From positions 2,719 through 66,718 of the forward strand of contig JAHKAP010000047.1 of NCBI GenBank assembly GCA_018825985.1: DNA of 64,000 bases. The letters run 5' to 3'. The notes under the pieces are model-generated. The model did no database searches, had not been told where the DNA came from, and saw only the letters and a program-made list of their open reading frames with translations. This document shows, in pieces, positions 47,954 through 58,022 of this stretch; position 1 is the first letter of the stretch, and each line of letters begins with the position of its first letter. The translations under genes were made by a program, and so were the position numbers. The DNA is from Candidatus Omnitrophota bacterium (GTDB lineage: Bacteria; Omnitrophota; Gorgyraeia; Gygaellales; Profunditerraquicolaceae).

Positions 47954-49192
47954 ATGAATAAACTAAAGGCATACTGGAGAGAGCTGCTGATTTTTCTGTC
48001 AATAATGGGGCCGGGTATCATCACCGCTAACGTGGATAATGATGCCGGCGGCATCACTACTTATTCCGTAGCCGGGGCCCATTTCGGATATTCCCTGATC
48101 TGGTCTTTTGTCCCTATTATTATAGCCCTTATTATAATCCAGGAGATGTGCAGCCGTATGGCTGTAGTTACTGGCAAGGGCCTGGCAGATTTGATCCGCG
48201 AGGAATTCGGGGTCAGGGTTACCTTCTACGCTATGACCGTCCTGGTATTTTCGAACATTTTTAATACTATTTCTGAGTTTGCCGGTATTGCCGCGGCGTC
48301 CGAGCTTTTTGGGATGAGTAAATATCTTTTAGTCCCGGCCTGCGCGATTTTTGTCTGGTGGCTGATTGTAAAAGGGACTTATAAGACCGTGGAAAAAGTT
48401 TTTTTAGCCGCCTGTCTTTTTTACCTATCATACATTTTTTCCGGATTCTTATCTAACCCAAACTGGAATGAGGTGGTGGCTAGTTCCGTAAAACCCAGCA
48501 TAAAATTCGACAAGGCTTATCTTTTTATGCTTATGGGTGTCATCGGGACTACCATTGCTCCTTGGATGCAATTTTACCAACAGTCGTCAGTGGTTGAAAA
48601 AGAGATCAAGATAAAAAATTATAAGTATAGCAAAATGGATGTGATCGTTGGCTCTTTTGTGGTCAATATAGTCGCTATTTTTATAGTGGTGGTCTGCGCA
48701 AACACCCTATTTAAACACGGGATAAGGATAGAGACCGCCAAAGACGCGGCTTTGGCGCTTAAGCCTCTGGCCGGTAAATATTGTTTTTACCTTTTTGCCT
48801 TCGGGCTATTAAACGCCTCAGTGTTCTCTGCATGCATCCTTCCTCTATCTACCGCTTATTCGGTTTGTGAGGGTATGGGTTGGGAGGTGGGCGTAAATAA
48901 GCGTTTCCGTGAAGCCCCGCAATTTTATACCCTTTATACTACCGTTATTATTATCGGAGCCGCGGTGATCTTGCTCCCGAACGTCCCGCTTATCACTGTT
49001 ATGCTTGTCTCTCAGGTTACTAACGGGCTTTTGCTTCCTTTTGTTTTGATTTTTATGTTGATGTTGGTTAATAATAAGCGCCTGATGGGTAACTATACAA
49101 ATTCTAGGGTCTATAATATATTTGCCATAGCTACTATTGTTTTAATGATCGTTTTGTCAGTAATGCTGATATTTAGTTATTTCATCCACTAA
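47954..49192 (+). CDS. NRAMP-family transporter with a non-canonical metal-binding site (NRMT-like, putative Mg2+ transporter)
   Basis: NRAMP core (AGAHFGYSLIWSF…QEMCSRMAVVTGKGLADLIREEF). The TM1 motif reads DNDAGG rather than DPGN. The TM6 motif reads IAPW rather than MPH. Confidence 0.7.
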   Translation: MNKLKAYWRELLIFLSIMGPGIITANVDNDAGGITTYSVAGAHFGYSLIWSFVPIIIALIIIQEMCSRMAVVTGKGLADLIREEFGVRVTFYAMTVLVFSNIFNTISEFAGIAAASELFGMSKYLLVPACAIFVWWLIVKGTYKTVEKVFLAACLFYLSYIFSGFLSNPNWNEVVASSVKPSIKFDKAYLFMLMGVIGTTIAPWMQFYQQSSVVEKEIKIKNYKYSKMDVIVGSFVVNIVAIFIVVVCANTLFKHGIRIETAKDAALALKPLAGKYCFYLFAFGLLNASVFSACILPLSTAYSVCEGMGWEVGVNKRFREAPQFYTLYTTVIIIGAAVILLPNVPLITVMLVSQVTNGLLLPFVLIFMLMLVNNKRLMGNYTNSRVYNIFAIATIVLMIVLSVMLIFSYFIH

Positions 49193-49194
49193 TA

Positions 49195-50043
49195 ATGAGC
49201 AAAATTACTCCAAAGGATATTTTAGGACTGAAGGGTAAACGTAAGATAACCATGCTTACCGCTTATGATTACCCCTTAGCTTCTTTGATCGATAAAGCAG
49301 GTATAGATATTATTTTAATCGGCGATTCTTTGGCTAATGTGGTTTTAGGGCTGGAATCTACTAAGGATGTGGGGATGACAGAGATGATCCATCATTCAAA
49401 AGCCGTATCCCGCGGGGTAAAGAATGCCCTGTTGGTGGGGGATATGCCTTTTGAATCTTACCAGATAAATCCCGGTGAATCAGTAAATAACGCCCGCAGG
49501 TTCGTTGATGAGTCTAAATGTGATGCCGTAAAGATAGAATGGTTTGATCGGTGTTTAGAAGTAACTGAAAAAATTATTAAATCCGGGATCCCGGTGATGG
49601 GGCATATCGGGCTTACTCCTCAGACCGCGGATAAGCTCGGAGGATTTAAGGTCCAAGGTAAAGACGCGCAGGCCGCCGAAAAATTGATCCATCAGGCTAA
49701 AGCTATTGAGAAGTTGGGATGTTTCTCTGTAGTTTTGGAATGTGTTCCGGACAGAATAGCCCAGATCATTACTGAAGAGCTTAAGATTCCTACTATTGGT
49801 ATTGGGGCAGGTCTATTTTGCGACGGCCAGGTCCTGGTAACTCACGACATGCTTGGGTTATTTGACAGGTATAAGCCGAAGTTCGTAAAGCAATATGTGA
49901 ATTTATCTGAAAGCATTTTGAAAGCGATCGAGGAATATAAAAGCGAGGTTATAAACAGCAAATTCCCGGATAAAGAGCATAGTTTCAGTATCAGCCAGGA
50001 AGAACTGGATAAATTAAGGGCCTCACCAGGTGATAGGGATTGA
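49195..50043 (+). CDS. panB: 3-methyl-2-oxobutanoate hydroxymethyltransferase
   Basis: ITMLTAYDYP…IGDSLANVVLG. Confidence 0.9.
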   Translation: MSKITPKDILGLKGKRKITMLTAYDYPLASLIDKAGIDIILIGDSLANVVLGLESTKDVGMTEMIHHSKAVSRGVKNALLVGDMPFESYQINPGESVNNARRFVDESKCDAVKIEWFDRCLEVTEKIIKSGIPVMGHIGLTPQTADKLGGFKVQGKDAQAAEKLIHQAKAIEKLGCFSVVLECVPDRIAQIITEELKIPTIGIGAGLFCDGQVLVTHDMLGLFDRYKPKFVKQYVNLSESILKAIEEYKSEVINSKFPDKEHSFSISQEELDKLRASPGDRD

Positions 50044-51383
50044 CAACCCTGTTAATCTATGTTAAAAATAATAACTCTATGAACGATTTAATGGAAAAAA
50101 TAGTTTCTTTGTGCAAGCGGCGGGGGGTTATTTTTCAGTCTTCCGAGATTTACGGCGGTTTGGCCAATGCCTGGGATTATGGCCCTTTTGGCATCGAATT
50201 AAAGAATAATATTAAGCAAGCCTGGTGGAAGGCAAACGTACATAATAGGTATGATATTTTAGGCATGGATGCCTCTATACTTATGCATCCTAAGGTCTGG
50301 GAAGCTTCAGGCCATGTCCAGAATTTTTACGATCTTAAGAGCGATTGTAAATCCTGTAAAAAGCGCTTTAAGACCGAGGAGCTGAAAGATAAACATAAAT
50401 GCCCGGAGTGCGGTTCGGAATTGACAGAAGGCCGGCAGTTTAATCTGATGTTTGAGACTTACCAGGGAGCTGTGGGTGATGCTGCGGATAAAATATATCT
50501 GCGTCCGGAAACCGCCCAGGGGATGTTCGTTAATTTCGTTAATATTTTGGATTCCCGCCATCCTAAGCTTCCATTTGGCCTGGCTCAGATCGGAAAATCA
50601 TTCCGCAATGAAATAACCCCGGGTAATTTTATTTTTAGGACCCGGGAATTTGAGCAGATGGAGATAGAGTATTTTGTCCGGCCGCAAGACGGGGATAAAT
50701 GTTATCAGTCCTGGGTTGAGGAGAGGCTTAAATGGTATATCGGTTTAGGTATTAAAAAAGATAATATCAGGAAGCGCGAGCATGGCAAAGACGAACTGGC
50801 TCATTACGCCCTGGCCTGTACGGATATCGAATATAATTTTCCGATAGGTTGGTCTGAGCTGGAGGGTATTGCCAATCGGGCTGATTTTGATTTAAAACAG
50901 CATTCTCAATTAAGCGGCAAGGAGTTAAAGTATTTTGATGAAGTAAGTAAGGAGAAATTTTATCCTTTCATCATTGAGCCTTCTGCGGGAGTGGATAGAA
51001 GTTTGTTAGCGTTTTTAGTTGATGCCTACCACGAAGAAAAAGTCAGGGAAGAGACCCGGGTAGTCTTAAAATTAAATAAGGGGCTCTCTCCTGTGAAAGC
51101 GGCAGTGTTGCCGCTTTTAAAGAACCGCACCGCAATCGTGGAGTTAGCTAAAAAAATTGCCGGAGATCTAAAAAAAGATATTTACGCGGTTTATGATGAT
51201 ACTGCGGCTATCGGAAAGTTATACCGCCGGCAGGATGAAGTAGGTACTCCTTATTGCATAACTGTTGATGTGCAGTCCTTGGAAGATAAACAGGTTACTG
51301 TCAGGGACAGGGATTCGATGCTGCAGGAGAGGATCGGGGTAGATAGGGTAAAAGAATATATTTTAGAGGAACTAAATAAATAG
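50040..51383 (+). CDS. glyQS: Glycine--tRNA ligase (α2 dimeric type)
   Basis: IYGGLANAWDYGPFG. 447 aa. The true start is probably ATG 50079 or 50091. Confidence 0.9.
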   Translation: MTTLLIYVKNNNSMNDLMEKIVSLCKRRGVIFQSSEIYGGLANAWDYGPFGIELKNNIKQAWWKANVHNRYDILGMDASILMHPKVWEASGHVQNFYDLKSDCKSCKKRFKTEELKDKHKCPECGSELTEGRQFNLMFETYQGAVGDAADKIYLRPETAQGMFVNFVNILDSRHPKLPFGLAQIGKSFRNEITPGNFIFRTREFEQMEIEYFVRPQDGDKCYQSWVEERLKWYIGLGIKKDNIRKREHGKDELAHYALACTDIEYNFPIGWSELEGIANRADFDLKQHSQLSGKELKYFDEVSKEKFYPFIIEPSAGVDRSLLAFLVDAYHEEKVREETRVVLKLNKGLSPVKAAVLPLLKNRTAIVELAKKIAGDLKKDIYAVYDDTAAIGKLYRRQDEVGTPYCITVDVQSLEDKQVTVRDRDSMLQERIGVDRVKEYILEELNK

Positions 51384-51477
51384 AAATGGGGTCAGAAAAT
51401 GGGGTCAGAATTATTTTTTCTTTTTGTTTTATTGTAAAAAATAATTCTGACCCCATTTTCTGACTGACCCCATTTAC
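51383..51477. repeat. Compound REP type A (two left halves, one right half plus an extra partial)
   Basis: AAATGGGGTCAGAAAATGGGGTCAGAATTATTTTTTC…AAAAAATAATTCTGACCCCATTTTCTGACTGACCCCATTT. Confidence 0.8.
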
Positions 51478-51504
51478 AACAATGATAGGAGGGTTTTAAA
51501 AGAA

Positions 51505-54240
51505 ATGGCAAAGAAGTATGTGTATTCGTTTGGCGGCGGCAAGGCAGATGGTAATGAGAGTATGAAGAACCTCTTGGGTGGCAAAGGCGCCAACCTGGCG
51601 GAGATGGCCGGGCATAAAGATCTGAAGCTTCCGGTTCCTCCGGGATTTACCCTTACTACGGAGGTCTGTACATATTATTATCAGAATAAAAAGAAGTATC
51701 CTAAAGACCTAAAACAAGAAGTAAATAAGGCTTTAGAGAAGATTGAGAAATTAATGGATAGGAAATTCGGCGACTCGGTTAATCCGCTTTTGGTTTCGGT
51801 GCGATCTGGCGCCAGGAAATCAATGCCCGGGATGATGGAGACGGTTTTAAATGTCGGTTTAAATGAGAAAACAATCCCCGGATTGATCAAACAGAGCAAT
51901 GGTAACGGCCGTTTTGTTTATGACGCTTACCGCAGGTTGATCATGATGTATTCCGACGTGGTTATGGAAAAAGCCGCCGGTATTGAACCTAAGGATGAAG
52001 AAGGTATCCGTAAACAGCTGGAAAAGATCATGGGCCAGATGAAAAAAGAAAAAGGCTATAAAACTGATACGGACCTGAACGTTGACGATCTGAAGAAACT
52101 CTGTTCGTTATTTAAGAATAAGATCAGGGAGGTTTTAGGTAAGGATTTTCCTGATGAGCCGATGGAACAACTCTGGGGAGGTATCGGAGCGGTATTTTCT
52201 TCCTGGAATGGCAAGAGGGCAATTAGCTATCGTCGGATCGAAGGGATTCCCGATGAATGGGGCACAGCGGTTAACGTGCAGTCCATGGTTTTCGGGAATA
52301 TGGGTGATGATTCAGCTACCGGAGTTGCTTTTTCGCGCAATCCCGGAAACGGCGAAAATTATTTCTACGGCGAGTATCTTATCAATGCTCAGGGCGAAGA
52401 TGTGGTTGCCGGGATTCGCACTCCGGCTCCTATCAATCAGGCCTCGCAATCCGAACACAATAAGGGATTGTTGACTCTGGAAAAAGGCATGCCTAAGCTT
52501 TATAATGAATTAGTCGGCTATCGCAACCGCCTGGAGAAACATTACCGGGATATGCAGGATATTGAGTTTACAATTGAAAAGGGCAGGCTTTTTATGTTGC
52601 AGTGCCGGGTGGGTAAGCGTAATGGACCGGCTGCTGTGCGTATGGCTATGGATATGATAAAAGAAAAACTCATAAAAAAAGAGGAAGCGGTAATGCGGGT
52701 TACTCCGGCTCAATTAGATGAGCTATTGCATCCTATAATCAATCCTAAAGTAGAAATGGCTTCTAAGCCTTTAGGCAAAGGTTTGCCTGCCGGGCCAGGT
52801 GGCGCTAACGGACAGATAGTATTTTCGGCTAATGATGCCGTAGAGTGGGCAAAGCAGGGTAAAAAAGTTATTTTAGTCCGCGAAGAAACTAACCCTGAAG
52901 ATGTGGAAGGTATGCGCTCTGCCCAGGCTATTCTTACTGCCCGGGGCGGGATGACCTCTCATGCCGCATTAGTTGCCCGCGGCTGGGGTAAGTGTTGTAT
53001 CGTCGGATGCGGCGAAATGCATATTGATTACGCTAAAAAAGAGGTTTATTTAGGGGGCAAGACCCTTAAAGAAGGCGATTGGATCACTTTAAACGGAACT
53101 AAAGGAAGTTTCTACGCCGGAAAAATGGAGATGATCGATGCTTCTCAGGAGAACGCGATCCTTTATGAGTTTTTAAAGATCTGCGGTTCGATCAAAAAAT
53201 TAGGTATCCGGACTAACGCTGATACTCCGGCAGATGCCGATAAAGCCAGGCAATTTGGCGCTGAAGGTATCGGCCTTTTCCGGACCGAACACATGTTTTA
53301 CGGAAAAGGTTCGGATGAACCGTTATTTCTTTTGCGCAAAATGATTATTTCAAAAACCCTTGAGGAGAGGAATAAGGCTTTAGATGAATTGTTCCCCTAT
53401 GTAAAGAAAGATATCAAGGCAACGCTTGAGGCTATGGATGGGTATCCTGTGGTTATCCGTTTACTCGATCCGCCTTTACACGAGTTTGTTCCCAGGGAAC
53501 AAGCCAAGTTAGAAGAATTAGCCAAGAATTTAAATATTGATATGGGAGAGTTGACCCGTAGGGCCGATGTCTTACATGAATCTAACCCGATGATGGGGCA
53601 TAGAGGAGTGCGATTAGGGGTTACTTATCCGGAAGTTTCTGCTATGCAGATCAAGGCTATTTTTGAAGGGGCTGCCGAGTTAATCAAGGAAGGCAAAAAA
53701 CCCTACCCGGAAATAATGATACCGGTAGTTTGCGATGTAAAAGAGTTAGATGACCAGTTGGTAATAGCTAAAAAAGTATACCAGGATGTATTGGCCAAAT
53801 ACAATCTTAAGAAGATTAAGCATATGTTTGGGACAATGATTGAAATTCCCAGAGCAGCGCTTATGGCCGGTGAAATTGCCCGGGTAGCACAGTTTTTCTC
53901 ATTCGGCACCAATGATCTTACTCAGATGGGCTTTGGGTTCTCCCGTGATGATATCGGCGGATTCCTTCCAGAGTATATTAATAAAGGTATTTTACCGGAA
54001 GACCCGTTCCAGAGCATTGATCAGAAGGGTATCGGTGAGTTGATCAAAATCGCTATTGAGCGGGGCCGTAAGACCAAGAAAGAATTGGAAGTAGGTATCT
54101 GCGGTGAACACGGCGGAGAGCCGCGTTCAGTGGAATTCTGCCACAATGTGGGCATGGATTATGTAAGTTGTTCGCCGTTTCGGGTGCCTATCGCTAAATT
54201 AGCGGCAGCCCAGGCAGTGTTGAGGACCAAGAAGAAATAA
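51505..54240 (+). CDS. ppdK: Pyruvate, phosphate dikinase
   Basis: 911 aa. The PEP-utilising phospho-His domain (GGMTSHAALVARGWG) and the PEP/pyruvate TIM barrel with its catalytic Cys are present. Confidence 0.95.
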   Translation: MAKKYVYSFGGGKADGNESMKNLLGGKGANLAEMAGHKDLKLPVPPGFTLTTEVCTYYYQNKKKYPKDLKQEVNKALEKIEKLMDRKFGDSVNPLLVSVRSGARKSMPGMMETVLNVGLNEKTIPGLIKQSNGNGRFVYDAYRRLIMMYSDVVMEKAAGIEPKDEEGIRKQLEKIMGQMKKEKGYKTDTDLNVDDLKKLCSLFKNKIREVLGKDFPDEPMEQLWGGIGAVFSSWNGKRAISYRRIEGIPDEWGTAVNVQSMVFGNMGDDSATGVAFSRNPGNGENYFYGEYLINAQGEDVVAGIRTPAPINQASQSEHNKGLLTLEKGMPKLYNELVGYRNRLEKHYRDMQDIEFTIEKGRLFMLQCRVGKRNGPAAVRMAMDMIKEKLIKKEEAVMRVTPAQLDELLHPIINPKVEMASKPLGKGLPAGPGGANGQIVFSANDAVEWAKQGKKVILVREETNPEDVEGMRSAQAILTARGGMTSHAALVARGWGKCCIVGCGEMHIDYAKKEVYLGGKTLKEGDWITLNGTKGSFYAGKMEMIDASQENAILYEFLKICGSIKKLGIRTNADTPADADKARQFGAEGIGLFRTEHMFYGKGSDEPLFLLRKMIISKTLEERNKALDELFPYVKKDIKATLEAMDGYPVVIRLLDPPLHEFVPREQAKLEELAKNLNIDMGELTRRADVLHESNPMMGHRGVRLGVTYPEVSAMQIKAIFEGAAELIKEGKKPYPEIMIPVVCDVKELDDQLVIAKKVYQDVLAKYNLKKIKHMFGTMIEIPRAALMAGEIARVAQFFSFGTNDLTQMGFGFSRDDIGGFLPEYINKGILPEDPFQSIDQKGIGELIKIAIERGRKTKKELEVGICGEHGGEPRSVEFCHNVGMDYVSCSPFRVPIAKLAAAQAVLRTKKK

Positions 54241-54339
54241 TTGGTAAAGATATAGGTATAGATAGAGAGCTGATTGAATATTTATTTTTTTCTCTGCCTT
54301 TGCCTTCTCCTCTACCTAGGTCAACTTTGAGGGAAATAT

Positions 54340-55152
54340 ATGGAAGCATTAAAGACTTACCTGAAGGAAGTCCGGCTCATATCGCTCCTGACTGCAGAGC
54401 AGGAAGTAGAGTTAAGTAAGAAGATAAAAAAAGGTGATGAACGTGCCCGGAAGGCGATGATCCGGGCTAACCTGAGGCTGGTAATAAATATAGCCAAAAG
54501 GTACTATCATCTAGGTATACCTCTGCTGGATTTGATTGAAGAGGGTAATCTGGGCCTGATGAAGGCGGTGGATAAATTTAACCACCTCCGGGGTTATCGT
54601 TTTTCCACTTACGCTGCTTGGTGGATCAGGCAGGGTATTATCCGAGCGATCAGCCAACAAGGTAAAATGGTCCGGCTTCCAGTATATATGAATGAACGTC
54701 TGACTAAATGGAAGAAGACTAGTGAGGTTATGTCTCAAAGGTTAAAACGGGTACCCACTGATCAGGAAATAGCTAAAAAGATGAAGATATCCGTTACTCA
54801 TATGGAAGAGGTAAAATTTTGGTTAACTAGTAAAACCTCGTCCTTAGAGGCGCCTATCGGCGAAGAAGACGAGAGCCAGGTTTCGGATCTGGTTGAGGAT
54901 GAAAAAGCCGTGGCCCCTGACGCTGAGGTCAGGCGCATATTTGATCAGGAGAGGATTACGGACCTGCTGGGATTAATGACAGTCAGGGAAAAAGTGATCC
55001 TGGATATGCGTTTTGGCCTAGTTAAGGGAAAGACCCATACTTTAAGAGAAGTAGCAAAGAAAATAGGGGTATCCCGGGAGAGGATCCGTCAGATCGAGGA
55101 AGGGGCGCTAAGAAAACTGCGCAGTTTTGTCAAGAAAGAGGAGATTAGATGA
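54340..55152 (+). CDS. Sigma-70 family RNA polymerase sigma factor (regions 2-4, RpoD/RpoS-like; no region 1.1)
   Basis: Region 2 (FSTYAAWWIRQGIIRAI) and region 4 HTH (LREVAKKIGVSRERIRQIE). Confidence 0.85.
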   Translation: MEALKTYLKEVRLISLLTAEQEVELSKKIKKGDERARKAMIRANLRLVINIAKRYYHLGIPLLDLIEEGNLGLMKAVDKFNHLRGYRFSTYAAWWIRQGIIRAISQQGKMVRLPVYMNERLTKWKKTSEVMSQRLKRVPTDQEIAKKMKISVTHMEEVKFWLTSKTSSLEAPIGEEDESQVSDLVEDEKAVAPDAEVRRIFDQERITDLLGLMTVREKVILDMRFGLVKGKTHTLREVAKKIGVSRERIRQIEEGALRKLRSFVKKEEIR

Positions 55153-55679
55153 AAAAAACAAATCTGGCTGATGCAGTAAGAAGCATTCCCGGATTTCCCA
55201 AGCAGGGGATCATATTCCGCGACATCACCACTTTAGTAAAAGATAAAAAAGCGTTCAAGGAATCAATAGACGCTTTAACCGAAAAATATAAGAATAAAGG
55301 TATAGATATCGTAGTAGGAGTTGAATCCCGGGGATTTATTTTTGGCAGTGCGGTCGCCTATAAACTAGGCGCGGGTTTTGTCCTGGTGCGCAAAAAAGGC
55401 AAACTTCCGGCTAAAACTATATCTGCTACTTATGAGTTGGAGTATGGCACTGATACCTTGGAGATCCACGAGGACGCTATTAAACCTGGTTCTAAAGTTT
55501 TAATTGTGGATGATCTTTTAGCTACTGGCGGCACAGTTAAAGCTGTGACTGGATTGGTCGGACAGCTAATGGGGAAGATTGCCGGGATCGCTTTCGTGAT
55601 CGAACTGGTGGATTTAAAAGGTAAAGAAAAACTAAAAGGGTATCCGGTTTATTCTTTGATAAAATTTAAGGGTCATTGA
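55149..55679 (+). CDS. apt: Adenine phosphoribosyltransferase
   Basis: PRPP-binding VLIVDDLLATGGT. Confidence 0.9.
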   Translation: MKKTNLADAVRSIPGFPKQGIIFRDITTLVKDKKAFKESIDALTEKYKNKGIDIVVGVESRGFIFGSAVAYKLGAGFVLVRKKGKLPAKTISATYELEYGTDTLEIHEDAIKPGSKVLIVDDLLATGGTVKAVTGLVGQLMGKIAGIAFVIELVDLKGKEKLKGYPVYSLIKFKGH

Positions 55680-55682
55680 ATT

Positions 55683-55756
55683 GCGCCTGTAGCTCATAAG
55701 GATAGAGCAGCAGTTTCCTAAACTGCGTGCGGCAGGTTCGATTCCTGCCAGGCGCA
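55683..55756 (+). tRNA. tRNA-Arg (anticodon CCT)
   Basis: GCGCCTG acceptor stem, anticodon loop TTCCTAA, T-arm GGCAGGTTCGATTCCTGCC, 3' CAGGCGC-A. The CCA is not encoded. Confidence 0.8.
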
Positions 55757-55771
55757 CAAGACAGACAAGGC

Positions 55772-55858
55772 AGGGACACCCCGTCAGCTAATCGTCAGGG
55801 TGTCCCCATACAAAAATAATAGGGACACCCTTAGCTTTATCTGGGAGGGTGTCCCTAA
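55772..55858. repeat. Two tandem hairpins of type C (GGGACACCC…GGGTGTCCC) immediately 3' of tRNA-Arg
   Basis: 55772-55807 and 55820-55858. The GGGACA core is shared with type B repeats. Confidence 0.7.
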
Positions 55859-55864
55859 GGAAAT

Positions 55865-56524
55865 ATGAGAATGTATAATCTGCACTGCCATTCACTATTA
55901 AGCGATGGAGAGCTGCTTCCTTCGGAAGTAGCAGTCCGTTATATGGACAAAGGGTATAAGGCAATTGCCATTACTGACCATAGCGACTATGGTAATATCA
56001 GTTCAAATGCCCGATCGATAGTTGAGTTTTCTCGGCACTGGCCTAAGGATTTTGCGATCCGGGTTTTTCCGGGCATTGAATTGACCCATATACCGCCTGA
56101 ACAATTTAAACCTTTAACCAAATTAGCCCGGTCAAAGGGAATCAAGATTATTATAGCCCACGGAGAGACTCCGGTTGAACCGATGATCGCAGGAACCAAC
56201 CGCGCGGCCCTGGAATCGGATATCGATATCCTGGCTCATCCCGGGAAGATCACTGATGAGGATGTGAAATTAGCCAGGGATAAAGGCATATTCCTGGAAG
56301 TAACTACCCGTAAAGGGCATTCTTTGGCTAATGCCTATGTGATTAAAAAAGCTCTTAAGTTCGGCGCCCGTCTGATCATTAACACAGATAGTCATTCGCC
56401 CGATGATATTATCAGCCCGGAGAAAGTCATAGCTATTGCCAGAAAATCGGGCTTAAGCCTTAAGCAAATAGAAGATATTTATAAAGACGTAGCTAACTTT
56501 TTAGGCGAAAGGGGGAAGAAATGA
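55865..56524 (+). CDS. PHP-domain metal-dependent phosphoesterase (histidinol-phosphatase-like)
   Basis: HCHSLLSDG…ITDHSDYG. Confidence 0.75.
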   Translation: MRMYNLHCHSLLSDGELLPSEVAVRYMDKGYKAIAITDHSDYGNISSNARSIVEFSRHWPKDFAIRVFPGIELTHIPPEQFKPLTKLARSKGIKIIIAHGETPVEPMIAGTNRAALESDIDILAHPGKITDEDVKLARDKGIFLEVTTRKGHSLANAYVIKKALKFGARLIINTDSHSPDDIISPEKVIAIARKSGLSLKQIEDIYKDVANFLGERGKK

Positions 56525-57003
56525 GGAGCATTTTAGTTATTTTATTAGTTGGAATTTTCATTACCGGTATTTTGGGCTGCGCAACAACTTCCAGTGATAA
56601 GCCGGGTTTGCCCAAGGATGAAGCTATGCTGGAGCCTTCGGGTTTATTAAAATTCAGCGATATTCCTATCCCCTCCGGGTTTAAGTCTCTATCTCAGGAT
56701 TCTTATTCATTTGAGAGCGCTGGAGTGAGGGTGGGTTTATTGAAATACCAGGGGAAGGCCAATCCTGGCCAGGTAGTAAATTTTTTTAAAGAACAGATGG
56801 TGATGTATAACTGGAATCTTTTGAATGTTATTGAATACGGAGAAAAGATTTTGAATTTTGACCGGGAGGGGGAAAGCTGTATTATTACTATATCCGGCAA
56901 GGGCAATAATTATACAATTACTATTTCTTTAGGCCCAAAATCCCAAAAGATTTCTACCAGGAGATCTTCCTGGGACACCAGGGCCAAAGACCCAGTCAAA
57001 TAA
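56521..57003 (+). CDS. Hypothetical lipoprotein
   Basis: Lipobox ILGCA. No recognisable domain. Confidence 0.4.
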   Translation: MRSILVILLVGIFITGILGCATTSSDKPGLPKDEAMLEPSGLLKFSDIPIPSGFKSLSQDSYSFESAGVRVGLLKYQGKANPGQVVNFFKEQMVMYNWNLLNVIEYGEKILNFDREGESCIITISGKGNNYTITISLGPKSQKISTRRSSWDTRAKDPVK

Positions 57004-57036
57004 AAATGACTAGGTGACCTGTCCCCTTACTCTGGG

Positions 57037-57657
57037 ATGAATTTAAACTGGGACATTTTATTTTTTCTATCCTCCGTAGTCCTTATCTCTTTATCCGGGG
57101 TAATGATGCCCGGGCCTTTATTCGCGGTCACAGTCGTCAAAGGTTACAAAAATAAAAACAGCGGTTTTCTGATCAGTATCGGCCATGGTATAGTCGAGAT
57201 CCCCTTAATGATCCTGATCTACCTCGGCTTCACCCGCTTACTTACCTCGGATATTGTTAAGATCGCTATAAGCCTCTCTGGCGGTTTAATGCTTATTTTT
57301 ATGGGTTATCAGATGTTCAGGCAGAGAAAAACCTCCTTTGCTTCAGTCGAAGACAATCATAATAATTCTCTGGCAGCAGGTATATTTACTACCGCCCTTA
57401 ACCCGTATTTTCTCTTGTGGTGGGCAACTATCGGAGCCGCCTTGATATTAACCACCCGTAAATATGGGGTAATGGGTTTTATATTGTTTGTTATAATCCA
57501 TTGGCTCTGCGATTTTTTCTGGTGTTCATTTATTTCGTTGGCTGTGTTTAAGTCCCGGTATTTATGGAGCCCTAAGGTCCAGCAAACAGTAATCACGATA
57601 TGCGCGTTTGTTCTTTTAGGTTTTGGAGGTTGGTTTATTTATAATGTTATCAGCTAA
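57037..57657 (+). CDS. LysE/RhtB-family amino-acid exporter
   Basis: Six TM helices. PGP motif in TM1. Confidence 0.6.
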   Translation: MNLNWDILFFLSSVVLISLSGVMMPGPLFAVTVVKGYKNKNSGFLISIGHGIVEIPLMILIYLGFTRLLTSDIVKIAISLSGGLMLIFMGYQMFRQRKTSFASVEDNHNNSLAAGIFTTALNPYFLLWWATIGAALILTTRKYGVMGFILFVIIHWLCDFFWCSFISLAVFKSRYLWSPKVQQTVITICAFVLLGFGGWFIYNVIS

Positions 57658-57993
57658 GTTTTTAAAAATTTATTTTGTTTTCGGAGATGAGGACTAACCC
57701 AGGCAGCTTATGAAAAGGGCCTGAAGGTTGCTGTTTCTTATCCTGGCCATGGAGCCTTTGATGACCTCTGCGTATTATAGGTATAGGCAGAGGAGGCAAT
57801 TATGGTCAGGCAACTGAATGTTTTTTCTGAATAAGCTGACTAGGGAAAGACACCGCTTTTTTAAATGAACTAAAAATACCACTTGGGTTTAGAAAATGAT
57901 TTTTCCGGTAACGCCATAGCCATGATTGGGTTATAGTCAAATTTTACCGTATCCGGCTATTTGAAAACGTTTTCGCAAATTTTAAAAAAATAC

Positions 57994-58022
57994 TTGACAA
58001 ATATGAAGGTATATGTTAAAAA
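57994..58022 (+). promoter_or_regulatory. Possible promoter (TTGACA-17-TAAAAA) inside the 560-nt leader upstream of the outer-membrane-protein gene
   Basis: Consensus -35 with a weak -10. Followed by strong SD sequences and tiny ORFs. Confidence 0.3.

Noticed and set aside
9790-51477. The possibility that the repeated GGGGTCAGAATTATTTTT units form a CRISPR array
   Set aside because: Copies occur as inverted pairs with short variable loops, scattered singly across 47 kb between genes. There is no regular direct-repeat/spacer periodicity and no cas genes. A RAYT is present, so they are classified as REP/BIME.
55683-55860. tRNA-Arg plus downstream hairpins as an integration site of a genomic island
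   Set aside because: There is no integrase, no direct repeat of the tRNA 3' end, and no obviously foreign gene content downstream. The hairpins are better explained as REP-like or terminator elements.
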